Shown here one piece after another: positions 26,915-40,842 of a DNA stretch of 64,000 nt. The stretch covers positions 69,006,001 through 69,070,000 of the forward strand of contig NW_027266308.1 of assembly GCF_022045235.1 (NCBI RefSeq). Direction: 5' to 3'. This DNA is from Haliotis cracherodii (Eukaryota). A program made the position numbers and the translations under genes. The notes under the pieces were generated by a model. That model did not search any database. It saw nothing but the letters and a program-made list of their open reading frames with translations, and was not told the origin of the DNA. Each line of letters opens with the position of its first letter. Position 1 is the stretch's first letter.

Positions 26915-29900
26915 CAGGTTGCTTCCGGGGTGTGGGCCAGCTTCCAGGTAGCTGTCATGTAAATACCTATCCAAGAACGATGGACACCAATCATGGCAAT
27001 TGGACATGTGCTTAAGTCACAAGTAAATGGTAGTATATAATTACAATTTTGAAAAATGTTAGATGGAAGTTTTGATCGTAAAGGAATCCTAGTTGTATCT
27101 GTCACTAAACCAGAGGAAGGTCGTAAGAGTATGGTTGGAGTGTTGTGGTGTCAATATTGTTTGTCATGTTGAGGAACGGCCATTTTGTCTTTTCTGGTTG
27201 GACATATTGGGGTAAGACAATAAATTGTAACACAAGGGAGAGAATACCGGGTTCAGCTTCTGGACAGTGAAACGTAATTTGAGAGCTTGGGAAAATGGTC
27301 GATCCCTTCACTATTCTGTATTATTTACGATAGAATAAAAATAATCAAAGTGTTTAAATTAATAGAAGCAAGGGTGCTGTAACATGTTGGCATCTTGGTT
27401 TGAATAGCTGGGTCACATGTGACATGTTAAACCGGAAGAACACGCATTCAAACTGGACTTAAGCACAGTCCAACAGAAACCTTCCCTGAGAGAGGCATGG
27501 CTATATCGTTCGGGAAGGTCAGGTTCCAGATATTGTGCAATACTTTGAGTGAAGTTAATTGTATTAGTCAGAAGCGACAGTATACCTGTGTCAAGGAAGT
27601 GATCCTAACACAACTCTGATATTGAGTGCCAGTATAGACGTGTTAATTGGAGCTTCATTATTGATAACAGATAATGCAATCGAAGTATAACTAGTCATAA
27701 TTGTCAGTATTATGATTACATATGCACCTAACATGTTGACTAGAATAGGCGTGGATAAGTGTTGTGTGTAGTCAGGCTTCATGGACCATTTTGTTTCCAG
27801 GAGATTCATGCTTTCGGGAGTCTGTTTTACTACTTTTATACACATGGACGTATGGCAATGCCAGGCCTTTATTGTGGTAAAGTCAAGTTCTTTTGGGCTT
27901 CGAAAAAATCACCAAACGATGTCTTTCTACAGTATACATTCTCAACTGTCCTTAAAACAGTCATTTAATCTTTCATCAAGTTTCACATGCGATGGTCGCG
28001 CCACATGAATCACGTGTTCAATGTATATGTTCAGAGGCCCTTGGGGAGCTGCTACAGGTGTACCAATGAGTGACTTCATAAAACGCTTACAATTTCGTAA
28101 TTCGTCGTGGGGGAACGGTTGGCCCAGTCGTCTAAGGCACCGCGATTCGCTGTGCAGAGTTGCGTCCCTTGAGCACGCCAGAAACCTATGATTGGTTCAA
28201 ATCCCGGTTCGTCCCTAATTATGTTTCTAGGTTTGCCAGCACCATACCCGTGCTGGTGGGTTTCACCAAAATAGTAAATGTCTGAGACCTTATATCCCTA
28301 TCTAAAGTTGGTGGTATATGTTTCTTCTGCACTCTATGGATGCAACTGAAGACGACAGCATTGGTTTGTTGTGAAATGACTTGGTAGACCTGTACCATGA
28401 CCCCCATCGTAGATAGAGACTTGTAATGTGCTACTCAACCCTTGGAAGGGAGAGACAGGGTGGGTCGGTGGGGCTGAATGTGCGCCATTGGTTTCAAATG
28501 TCGCCGTATCTCATATTGCAATGGAAACGACTCATTTTCAACTTCGTCAAAGTCCTAGTCTGTCATACAGACGCTGAAACAAATATATCTAATGAAGCCC
28601 ATGCAAGTCTATATTAGTGGGCAAATCTAGATTACTGCAGTATCTGAAAATGAAGAGTCTCCGGGCTCCCTTTTATCATATTTTTATTAAGATAATTTAA
28701 TAACTGTTTTTTGTCTGTAAGATATGTTCATGTCAGAGATTAGATGTTTGCCTACCCAGGTCCCGTTATCCCTGCTAAGATGAGTAGTAGTATTACTACA
28801 GGAAGAGTTCATTTGTCAGCAAGTTAGTATTCAATCCAGTTGCACATTTCCTCTTATTACACCAACAGTATTGTCGTATGACACATAGAGAAAAACACTT
28901 CGCCACGATAGACTCTTGATACGACAAACAAATGTAATGTTAATCGAATCAATGTTGAATGTACTGTTGGTTGTCAGACATTAATTATTATTTTGTGTTT
29001 ATATGTTGGTATAATTGTGCTATGGATCTACAAGCATTACGACGAACAGTTGATTATAGTGCAGGTTGTGGTTGGGTGGGTTGGCGGGTGTAGATGATTA
29101 AGAGACGGTAAGGTAATGGGAACAGGTCAGCAGCACTTTGATGTGAATTCTATCGCGTATTTGCAATTTTTTATTTATTTGGTTTACGGACCGAAACGAA
29201 GTCAGGAATGTACTAAATAGATCCACGTTTAAAGCTTGTATAAGTCACACACATTAGGAGAAAAATAAATTACAAATTAAGTCCCTGCCTTAACTGAGAC
29301 AAAAGAAGACCGCTCAGTGGCCCCCGATTTTCTGTGAAAGTTCTGAGCCACCGCGAATACTATTTATTGATACAGCAGTACCCAACCAGTGTCTGGCTTT
29401 GCAAATGTTATAAAACGTACATTCCTGTAACATTTCATTTTTTATATTCCCCGTAAATATCATATTTGTTTAACAAAACAAAACAAATGACGAGTTTTTT
29501 TCGACCGCCTATACCCAAGCTTTTTACCAAGTAAATCCGTAAACCAACTAATGAAAAAAAGGCCATAATTATCCGTGCCCTTTAGAATGAACACCTGGGT
29601 ATTGTGTCGGGAGTTTGCGGCGCCATGTCGTATAGGTTGTTAGACTGTTATGCTATTATCGTTTAAGTTTATTTTGTTGAATGTCATAGAGATTATTTTG
29701 TGAATCTAGTGCTTCAGTCAGTTGTTGCTAAGATGTAAATTATACGCATATATTATATATTTACATATATACCATTATTAGAATAAACAAGCAGTTTATT
29801 AAAATATGTTCTGTTATTCTAAGATTTCTGAATCGGGCGGCACTGCGTCCACATTGTAATAGCTGACATGTTTCGTTTAGACATCGGAGTTAGTGAGTGG

Positions 29901-32900
29901 ATTGCTGAATGGTGTTTTGTGGCTATATTAGATCTTATGTTTTAATGCAGTATGGGGCCAGTCGGGTAGCCTCGTTGTTATAGCGTTCGCTCGTCTCTCC
30001 GAAGACCCGGGTTCGATTCCCGACATGGGTACAATTTGTGAAGCCTATTTCTGGTTCCCCCGCCGTGATGTTGCTGGAATATTGCTAAAAGCAACTCACC
30101 CACTAATGCAGTATGATAAACGGTTCTGCCATGGAGTTAACGCAGTGAGTGAGTTGCTGGTGGTATTTTGTGGCTATATTAGGTCCTATGTTTTAATGCA
30201 GTATGATAAACGGAGTTAACGCAGTGTGTGATTGAGGGTGAATGTTTTATACGGTCAGGCCGAAGTCTAGTCCAGGCGTAACAGTGGTTGATAACGGGGC
30301 CCTGTACCACAAAGCGATCGTAGCGCAACGACAGTCTTAAGTCTCTGTAAAGTATGGGAGTTCACCTTTGCCCTACGATAGCTTTGAGGAATGGATCCCT
30401 GGCTGTCAAAGAACGTTTGGACACAGTCGGTCGGGACCCACATTGTCAATGCATGGTCCCTATGACAGGTACCTGTTGTGACCATGCACCCGACGATACA
30501 GCCAGGGACGATACAACTGTGACTTGAGACGCAGATTTCCAGCGTACGTGTGCCTTAACTCCAAGGAACCTTCTCTCCCAGAGACTTCCTCGAGTTGACA
30601 AGCACTGCGTATTGTGGACATAATATATACAGGGAGAAAAGCCTGAGGTACTGGTGACCTATTTGTCCCGGGGCCTCAACAGGGAGAAAAGCATGAGGCA
30701 CTGGGGACCAACTGTGCCTCAGAATACCAACACAGAAACTGGGAACCTATTCTCCACAGGGAGACAAGCATGGTGTAAACAAACAGAATATGTGAATTTT
30801 GTGAATTAGAACGTGTACGACGGTAGCAACAGCAATATTTTCATTGAACTACCCGGAGAGTTACCACTTAAAGTCGTATTGTGGCCTCTCGAGACCACTT
30901 TATTGTTTGGTTTATCAATGCTGATGTGCTGAAGTGGTTATGTGTGAATCAACATTATATGCAGTTATTTGACGGCTATAAACGCTTTGATCACGAAAAC
31001 CCTGAAGAGACCAGTGTGTGTGGATCACTGAGAATGACTCTCTCTATTTGGAAATATAACGTCACTACATGTAAGTATTTCATATTGACCGAGAAGGAGC
31101 GTTCAACCGTATTAAGATTAAAGGGTTACATACTGTTCCAAGACATATATTAATTATATACATAATAAGTTCCACAAACCTTATTAAACCGTTCAGGGTT
31201 GTGCACTAACTACAAACGTCTTTGAATGGCGATTCTCTCACTGTGTTTCTGGGTTCCACCTTGGCAATGGTCCGCCCGTACACTGTTACCTACAACGATG
31301 GAGCTTTGACATTATGACGAGAAAGACGAAACATTTTGCGTTATATTGGAAAAAGTTAATATGGAAATTGTTTTCGAATTCCAGTTAAGCAGAGAATGCG
31401 AACAAATGCGTAATGGTTATATAGGTGCGGTTTGATTGAAAAATGGGTTTGTGGCATTTTTTGTCGACAAGTTAATGAGTATTCAAAATATTTTACTTTA
31501 TTTTATTTTTCTGAAAAATGAAAACAACATCAAGTTAATGTGGAAGTGTGAACTATTATGATTAACAATTTCGCTTTTCCGGATGTTTTTTGTGTGCAGT
31601 AAACAATACAAACTAATACAGTTGGAAAGCACGCGATTTTTCTTACCTGTATCCACTATTGAAACACTTTCAATATTTACAAAACATATACTTAACACAA
31701 CCTTTATAAAACTAGAATGTATGCCTTCTTTATCCCAGTTCATGAATAGGTATAATTAGTCATGCGCGGCGACACATAGTTCTCCGAGTTCTTACCGCGT
31801 GTTACAAAGACCGTGATCACTTTCAAATGGTGGCCCCCAACTGAATTATGCTATTACAATGTTGTTGATTGTTGTGTAAATATTGGGATCCCATAACCCC
31901 GATGTTTACCGATAACCCACGAACTTCCCTCAGGGGGGATCCCTTGATCCGAAAATCGTCGCGTGTTGAGCCACCCGACACTGAAACAAGTTATCTGGGA
32001 ATGCGCGAACAAAGGGCGCCCCCAACCGTGACTGCATTTAAACAACCACTTTCTCTCTGGGAGCAGACCCGTATGTGCCTCCACCCTAGTCTGCGATGAC
32101 AATCGGACAAAAAACTGAATTCACCCACCCACCTTGTGTCCGACGCACACGAATCCTGGGCGCGTGGATCCATCAAACGGAGCGACCCCATTCCCGCCAC
32201 TGGACGCATGGCAGACGACTCCGTAGATGAAAGTACTTGTTTCTAAGGTAAGCGTACAATTCCTTGTCCTAGTTAAAGTAAATGTTTTGGCAAAAACCAT
32301 TTCAGTGTTTAGTCCCTGTAATCTCATCCTAAAGCTGTTGTTGTTGTTTGTTGTTTAACGCCGCACTCAGCAAAAGTCCAGATATATGACGACTGTCTGT
32401 AAATAATCGAGTCTGGACCAGACAATCCAGTGAATGACATCATGACCATCGGTCTAGGCAATTGGATACGATGGTATGCATCAACCAGGTCAGTGAACCT
32501 GACCACCCGGCGTTAGTCCCTCTTACGACGAACATAGACGCCTTTTCGGCAAGCATGGGTTGCTGAAGACCTATTCCATCTCGGATCGTCACGGGTTCTC
32601 ATCCTAAAGCTGCATCCCGCGTGCTAACAGGGTGTGGTCGTGAGTTCCAATCACAGATTCGCCCTGATAACGACCATTGGTCTGTAAGAACCATAACCGC
32701 GATCGTTAGTTTCACCAAGTGGGGAACATGACTGTTCAGAACGTCGTTAACACAACTCATCACTCTGTCGTCAAGTCGAGTGAGTTAATGACGTGTGGTG
32801 TTGTCTGCCGCCTGTCCGGTAGTCCGTCTGTCGTCAACGTTTGCCTTATTGACATCTCTGAAACTAAAAGACCCATACGATGTAAGCTGCTGGGGCACGA

Positions 32901-35534
32901 GTGGCCCAGTGGTGGACAGTAACCTGTGATCCTTGGGTTCGATTCCTAGATTAGCACTGATTATGTTTCTGGGGTTGTCAGCAGCCTACCCGAACTCGTG
33001 GGTGTCTAAGTCTTGCATAACCTCGGACTTTTCTCCCACATCAAGCTGACACGCCGTGATATAACTGGAATACTGTTAAAAAGCGGCGTTAAACCCAACT
33101 CACTCACTCGGACTTTTCTCCCACATCATGCTGATTTGACGTGACAACTGAAATACAGTTCATAGGGACGTTAAACCATATTCGCCTATACTGATTCAAT
33201 ATTAACAGTTGAAGTCAACCCCCTGTAGTCTGTCATACAGACCCTAAAACAAATATATCCAATACAGCCTATGCAAGTCTACAATATATGGCAAGTCCAA
33301 ATTACTGCAGTATCCGGATGAAAATGAAGAGTGTCTCTGCGCTCCTTCTTATTATATTTTTAGAACCATAATTTAACAACCTTTTATCTGTAAAATATGT
33401 TCATTTCAGAGACTAGATGTTAGTCTAAACCTGTAGAGACCTGGCAGAAGAACTAATTTAAACTCTGGAATATATAATCATTGTTAGTTTAAAGATGGCC
33501 AGCTGTCCGGGACCTGTCCGAATCCAGCCCTCAAGAGTTCTTTCTGATACATATTACCATGTATCCTCACCTATAGGGGAGACTTTATAACATTTTGTTA
33601 CGGCCTGTAAGGGTCTCCTTGCATAAAATATCAGACATTTCCGCACCCATGGAGTCGAAGTATTCTAGGCATGCATCATATAAAGCGATGTCCCAGGTTT
33701 CCGACAGGCGCGTTATCCTCTGCCAATATAACACACGGTACTCTGAGTGAGAAGTATGACACGTGATGTAAATATGCATGGAAATCTTGGGTACGTTCAA
33801 GAGCATACAGCTGACCACAGTCAATGAACATTGGCTGGTGTCAGCATGTCGGCCAAGGACGCATCAACACTAGTATGGGCAGAGTTGCGTCCCTTTGACT
33901 TTTGATCGTGGTTTGAAGCCGATTCCTGTTCGCCATCATTGTTTTAATTTTAAGCACCACTGTTTACTGCAATACTGTTGAAAGCAGCGTTAACGAAACT
34001 TCACTCACTCACTCACGGTGTATGCTTCTTGGTCTTGTCGACGCCAAAACACGTGTAAACGTCACATCAAGCCGTGACACAACCGATGTACTGTCGACAA
34101 CATTCACAGACAGTACTTTATTGGTTCATAGACAGTTACTTGTATACCGTGTGACGAGCGTTACCTTCTGGTATCTGTATTCCTGGGACCCATTCTGACC
34201 CCGAATTACCGCACTAAAGCCTGACTAGAGACAGTGGACCAGGTCACTCACTGACACCACTGCGTCGTTATGTCACGTTATGGCTCCGCGAGCAAGGAGC
34301 ATTACCTTCTCCGTCACGATATTCGTTAACGTGGGCAAGGGTTTGAGTCAGTCCGAGGAACGCTGAATGTAACTCACGGCAAAATGAGGACTTGCACACT
34401 GACTAGAACTTGGTTCTGTAAATAACGAATTTAGTGTGTGGTGAAATTGTAAATACACCGTGTCTGGCTGACAGTGGCAGTCTACGGCAATCTTTCAATT
34501 TACCTTAGGGTCTATTTGACACATCTTTTTTTAATCACCTTTCAATTGACTTTCACTTTGTGGGAGTTCATTGCATTATGCCAGCTCCACGTCCATACAG
34601 TTTGGCCCTTACTCTATGAAGGTTCATACTTCAATGAACACACTGACGTCAATTCTTACATGTCACGTACCACGATATGCCCAACACGTAGTATCAAGGA
34701 ACTGATGAAAATAAGCTTGTTATTTGTTTCCTGGTGGAACTTTCCTCCTATTGTGACTTCCTTGTCTGTACGAGTGCAGCTGTACATGTATGCACTGACG
34801 TGTTAATCCATATGCGGACTGCTGCAAACACTTGCACATCGTCACTCCGGTACACTGTTACTGAGCAGCTTTGTGTACAACGACTTCCTGAAACCTCAGC
34901 CGACGTCATAAGTAATTTGGTTGGCGCCGCTTTGAACAGAAATTTAGTTGTAGGTTACACAAAAACAAATGTTGTTTTTTTCCATAGTTGGTTGGTTGGT
35001 TGGTTTGTTGTTTTACGCCGCACTCCGCAATATTCCAGCTATATGACGGCGGTCTGTAAATAATCTAGTCTGGACCAGACAATCCAGTGATTGATATCAT
35101 GAGCATCGATCCACGCAATTGGGATCCATGACATTCATCAACCAAGTCAGCGAGCCTGACCCCCCGATCCCGTTAGTCGCCTTTTACCACAAGCATAGTC
35201 ACCTTTTTACGGCACTTTTTTCCATAGAGTTCTATCGTAACGTTATATATATTTTTATATAACTACAGTTAACTACGGTTATAACGAACTCAAATGTACC
35301 ACTTATTTTAGTTCACTTTAATGGCAGTTTGTTATAAGCGTATATTCAACATATTTACAAAGCAAATGACCGGGACAAAAAAAACGTTATATCAGTCAGT
35401 CCGTTATAAGTGCGTTCATTATAAACGTTGTTTACTGTATTCATTCAACAGCCATTACCTGTACTTGTATGCACAGTCTGAAGCAGCAATAAAAACAAAC
35501 AAATTGGCTTACTGAGCCAGTTCTTCTCCCAGTG

Positions 35535-35672
35535 CTGTGTGGTGTATATTAAACCTGAAGTCGCCCTGTGGTGTATATTAAACCTGAAGTCGCCGTGTGG
35601 TGTATATTAAACCTGAAGTCGCCGTGTGGTGTATATTAAACCTGAAGTCGCCGTGTGGTGTATATTTAACCT
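35535..35672. repeat. 29-30-bp tandem repeat, ~4.5 copies
   Basis: Unit GTGTGGTGTATATTAAACCTGAAGTCGCC. Confidence 0.9.
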
Positions 35673-37019
35673 TAAATATATACGCACGTGTACTGTTACA
35701 GAGTGTCAAGACGCAAGGTTGAATCCAGGCGTTGGGAAGACCCGTGGACAGTTTGACAATAGGTATTCCCAACTGGTATCATTTACCAAGTCTGTTATAA
35801 ATGATGTTAAAACAACAATACAACTGACATATTCATTCTGAGGCGTTCCGCGTATTGAGTTACCGGCAGGTGAAACAGACAACCCCGTCCCTGCCGCAAT
35901 GTTACACTGCCAGATCAGTAGTCGAGTCACGCTCCGTGTCTCCAGTACCGTAGTGCGCCGTTACAAGCGCCTAAGGGTATTATTCCGGCTTAAATATTAC
36001 CATCAAAGGCTAAAAGATCAGTTATGAAGTCGTTATTAGTCGGCTGATGAGAACTGAAAATTATGAAAATAGCAATCTGATTTTTCACCATGACATTGTG
36101 ACAAGCGTTCAAGGGAAGATAATTAGTGATGTCTCCCAGCAAGGCGAGTGTGCATGTAGTTTTATAGCTGCTTATATGGTCATGTTGGGAGGAAGTCAAG
36201 ATGTGACCATAGCTCCGGTATGTTTCTGCCAAACCAAGCATCATTAGAAGCGAATTTGGGATTCTAACCCAGGACCTGCGGATTCTAACATGAAAACTTT
36301 GCACAGCGAATTAGGGCGACTTAGATCATGGTGCAACCAACTACACATTTAACATGTAAGCATTTTTTTTAAATGAACTTTCAGTCTACTAGGCAATGTA
36401 CACGGTCTTACTTTAAAACTGCTAATCTTTCTTCCGTGTTTAAACACTGTAACATCAAGTCAGAAGACTGGTAAACAGGGATCCTCAACTAAAGTTTTTA
36501 ATAAAGCAATGGCGCGCCCCTGTCGGATCGGCCTGTGATACTGTACTCCACAGCTACTCCCTTGCCAATAAATATGGTAACAGGTAGATGTCCCGCAGTG
36601 ATTTGCTGAAGCTATGACTTGCGAGGACAGCTATGCGCCGTCAGAATAACACAATTGTGGCAATAAGATCTAAGATTACGAACGTTGTATGGATCACTTA
36701 ATTCGTGAGTTAATACGTTCCAACGCCTGTTGTTGAAGCACCTGATCGTGTGCAGTTGTGGAGGCCGATGTCGTCAGTGTGTTGGTGAGCGCGTAGTTCC
36801 TGTAGCGGATAGTTGCCACACTGCTGGTCTCGTGGTATTTTACAAAATGGAGGTCTCTTCACAGTAAGTTCAAATAATACATTTTGATTTACTTCCACAG
36901 TTATGTCCTCAAACGAACCCACAGCCCTGAATAGTTGGAGATATAGGGTAGTAAAACATACGTTTGATATAGGGTTGGTTCGTATAACACAATAGAAATG
37001 TACCATTGTTAGTTAAACG

Positions 37020-37612
37020 CTGTGTGGCCAGGCGTCAGTAGAACGTTGTGTGGCCTATAGACCGAGCGTCAGTAGAACGTTGTGTGGCCTATAGACCGAG
37101 TGTCAGTAGAACTATGTGTGACTTGTAAACCGAGCGTCAGTAGAACGATGTGTGGCCTATAGACCGAGCGTCAGTAGAACGATGTGTGGCCTATAGACCG
37201 AGCGTCAGTAGAACGATGTATGACCTATAGACCGAGCGTCAGTAGAACAATGTGTGGCCTATAGACCGAGCGTCAGTAGAACGATGTGTGGCCTATAGAC
37301 CGAGCGTCAGTAGAACTATGTGTGACCTATAGACCCAGCGTCAGTAGAACGATGTGTGGCCTATAGACCGAGCGTCAGTAGAACGTTGTGTGGCTTTGAC
37401 CGAGTGTCAGTAGAACGATGTGTGGCCTATAGACCGAGCGTCAGTAGAACGATGTGTGGCCTATAGACCGAGCGTCAGTAGAACGATGTGTGGCCTATAG
37501 ACCGAGCGTCAGTAGAACGTTGTGGGGCTTTGACCGAGTGTCAGTAGAACGATGTGTGGCCTACAGACCGAGCGTCAGTAGAACGTTGTGTGGCCTATAG
37601 ACCCAGCGCCAG
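37020..37612. repeat. 34-bp minisatellite, ~17 copies
   Basis: Unit ACCGAGCGTCAGTAGAACGATGTGTGGCCTATAG. Confidence 0.95.
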
Positions 37613-37912
37613 TCTTCAGCAACCCATGCTTGTCGTAAGGGGCAACTCACTTACTTGGTTGATGCAGTTATCATATCACAATTGCGTAGTCGATGCTCAT
37701 GATGTCAATCACTTGACTGTCTGGTCCAAATTCTATTATTTATAGAAGGCCGTTATATGGTTGGACTATTGGAGTGCGTTAAACAACCAATCATCAATCA
37801 ATCAATCAATCAGTAGACCAATTCATCAATCCGGGTTCGTTTCCCAACTTGAGTTCTCTGAGCCTATTCTTATCCCTCTGAGAACTATACCCCACGCATT
37901 CACTACTTTCAG

Positions 37913-38690
37913 GGTACAGCTTCTGAAACAGCAACTGCAGGACAAGAACCCCAACAAGATGGAGAACCTGAGCCAGATACCCACCCTGGGGGACCAGCGT
38001 CTGTGTCACATCCACCGCAAGGTGTCCCGCGCTAGGAAGAACATCATCGTCCACAACGAGAAGATAAAGATGAGGAGTGACATCTTCGCCAAGAGCATCG
38101 ATCGACATAAGCAGACGGAGGACTTCCTTGGCTGGCAACGGAGCCTGCCCGTCAAGAGGTCCTTGATGGAGAAGAGAGGTCTTCAGAAGTGCTTGAGGAG
38201 GAAGCGCGAGGCAGCGTCCCTCACGAACCACCAAAAGCTGCTGTTCGGCATGTACGAGGGGGAGGACCTGACCTCCTTCAGACCTGAGATTCAGTCAATC
38301 ATCGATCGAATGCATCCCCGTGAACGACGGCTGAGGAAGGTGGAGCAGATGAAGGTGGAGGGGAAGGCGACAGGACGTCTTGTTGACTATAATCAATCAC
38401 TGGACAAGTTCCACACACTAATGGAAGATCACGACACGTTTTTGAGGTCAAGTTTTGAGAAACTCCGAGAAAAAGATCGAACCTCCACACCAGCCTATCT
38501 CACGAGAAGGCGGAGCACATTTCGCCTGCCGCCTATAGGAAACAGTAGGGTACATAGGTTTAACTCCAGACAGCAGACGACTAAAGCTGTGGACCATCTA
38601 CCCATTGTGTCCACACACAGACGGGACATTGTTCAGGGAAGGAGCGACCTTGAGCCGGTGGTCCCGAGGGCCAACACAATTATGACCTAG
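37913..38690 (+). CDS. Uncharacterised basic, helical protein (~243 aa from ATG 37959)
   Basis: Long GC-richer ORF preceded by a TACTTTCAG acceptor at 37912. Lys/Arg-rich with LPPI/LPIV motifs near the C-terminus. No domain recognised. Confidence 0.7.
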
Positions 38691-39112
38691 GTGGGTCCAG
38701 TATTGTGACGATGTTATGAAACCACACAAAGTTATCTTGCTAGGGCTGCTGTGTCACTTGCTGCCACTGTTGTCACAAGAGTTACATACACCCCTCAGTC
38801 GGACTGGTGCATGTTTATAGACTTGGTCAAATCTGTTTGCAAATTTATATTTGACAGTCTCCACGAATGTTATTTTTTCATGAGATAACTGCTCATACAT
38901 TATCCTATCAAACTGGCTGCCCCACGTCAGGCTTGAAATGTAACACAACCACCACCTTCTATCGAAATCACATGAATAGTAATAAAATCCTCCACACCTT
39001 GTCTCAGTATGGTGAGAAGGTTCCAGGGTCGGGGAACCAGTGGACGAGTCTGGGTACACTGATGTGTTGATATAATAGGCCAAACATAGTTGAGCAAGTC
39101 TTGTTCAATGGC

Positions 39113-39455
39113 ACATGTTTGTAACCGAGTGATCCACCTCGCTTTGCTGTTCCACCTCAGTACTGGTGTTCTGTGTGTGCATGTTTGTATCCGAGTGATC
39201 CACCTCGCTTGGCTGTTCCACCTCAGTACTGATGTTCTGTGTGTGCATGTTTGTATCCGAGTGATCCACCTCGCTTGGCTGTTCCACCTCAGTACTGGTG
39301 TTCTGTGTGTGCATGTTTGTATCCGAGTGATCCACCTCGCTTGGCTGTTCCACCTCAGTACTGATGTTCTGTGTGTGCATGTTTGTATCCGAGTGATCCA
39401 CCTCGCTTGGCTGTTCCACCTCAGTACTGATGTTCTGTGTGTACATGTTTGTATT
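39113..39455. repeat. 63-bp tandem repeat, ~5 copies
   Basis: Unit CATGTTTGTATCCGAGTGATCCACCTCGCTTGGCTGTTCCACCTCAGTACTGRTGTTCTGTGTGTG-like; the 21-aa periodicity is visible in the overlapping ORFs. Confidence 0.9.
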
Positions 39456-39619
39456 GTGTCTGGGGTATATGTTGATAATGATAATAAGGGCCAAAGGTGT
39501 GTCTACTTTGGGCATCGTTTTTATATACACTATAACACAATCACATTACCATGTTTGTTGTCTGTATATATCAACAGGAGTTGCAGTGCATAATCAAAAA
39601 ATGAACCCCATACCTCGTC

Positions 39620-40842
39620 ATCTGTAGTCAACAATATAACAGCTGTAACAAATGGAACCAACAATATAACAGCTGTATGACGTCACCTGTAGTCAACAAT
39701 GTAATATGAATTCACAATGCCATTTAGAAAGTGGTCAATGTAACAAATATTATATTTCGGATAACACTTTCTTAGTAATATTAAACAATTTAATATTTGT
39801 ATCATCTGTTGCCAACAATATAACAGCTGTATGACGCAATCTATAGTAAACATTATGACAGCTGTATGACGTCACCTGTAGTCAACAGAATAATAGTTGT
39901 ATCACTTCCACCTGTAGCCAACAATATAACAGTTGTATCACTTTCACCTGTAGCCAACAATAAGACAGCTGTATGAAGCCACCTGTAGCCAACAATATGA
40001 CAGCTGTATGACGCCACCTGTAGCCAACAATATGACGGCTGTTTGACGCCACCTGTAGCCAACAATATAACAGCTGTACGAAGCCACCTGTAGCCAACAA
40101 TATAACAGCTGTACGAAGCCACCTGTAGCCAACAATATGACAGCTGTATGACGTCACCTGTAGCCAACAATATAATAGTTGTATCACTTTCACCTGTAGA
40201 CAACAATAAGACAGCTGTATGACGCCATCTGTAGCCAACAATATAACAGCTGTACGAAGCCACCTGTAGCCAACAATATGACAGCTGTATGAAGCCACCT
40301 GTAGCCAACAATGTGACAGCTGTATGAAGCCACCTGTAGCCAACAATATGACAGCTGTATGACGCCACCTGTAGTCAACAATATGACAGCTGTATCACTT
40401 CCACCTGTAGCCAACAATATGACAGCCAACAATAAGACAGCTGTATGACGTCACCGGTAGTCAGCAAAATAACAGCTGTATCACCTGTAACCAACAATAT
40501 AACAGCTGTATGACGCCACCTGTAGTCAACAATATGACAACTGTATGACGCCACCTGTAGTCAACAATATAATAGTTGTATCACTTCCACCTGTAGCCAA
40601 CAATAAGACAGCTGTATGACGTCACCTGTAGTCAACAATATAATAGTTGTATCACCTGTAGCCAACAATATAACAGCTGTATGAAGCCACCTGTAATCTT
40701 CATTCAATTGGAGGAAATAAAGAATATCTATCTATCTATCTGTAGCCAACAATATGACAACTGTATCACCTGTAGCCAACAATATGACAGCTGTATCGCA
40801 TGTAGCCAACAATATGACAGCTGTATATCGCGTCGACCTGTA
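39620..40842. repeat. Degenerate ~35-bp minisatellite
   Basis: Unit CACCTGTAGCCAACAATATGACAGCTGTATGACGC with variants. Confidence 0.92.

Noticed and set aside
31869-32247. ORF with in-frame TGA as a selenoprotein or readthrough product
   Set aside because: No redox motif, recognisable homology or SECIS seen. At most a non-coding exon ending at the GTAAGC donor.
39090-40432. Long repetitive ORFs (39090..39593, 39853..40368, also 24174..24794)
   Set aside because: They arise from stop-free frames through minisatellites; no splice or codon evidence.
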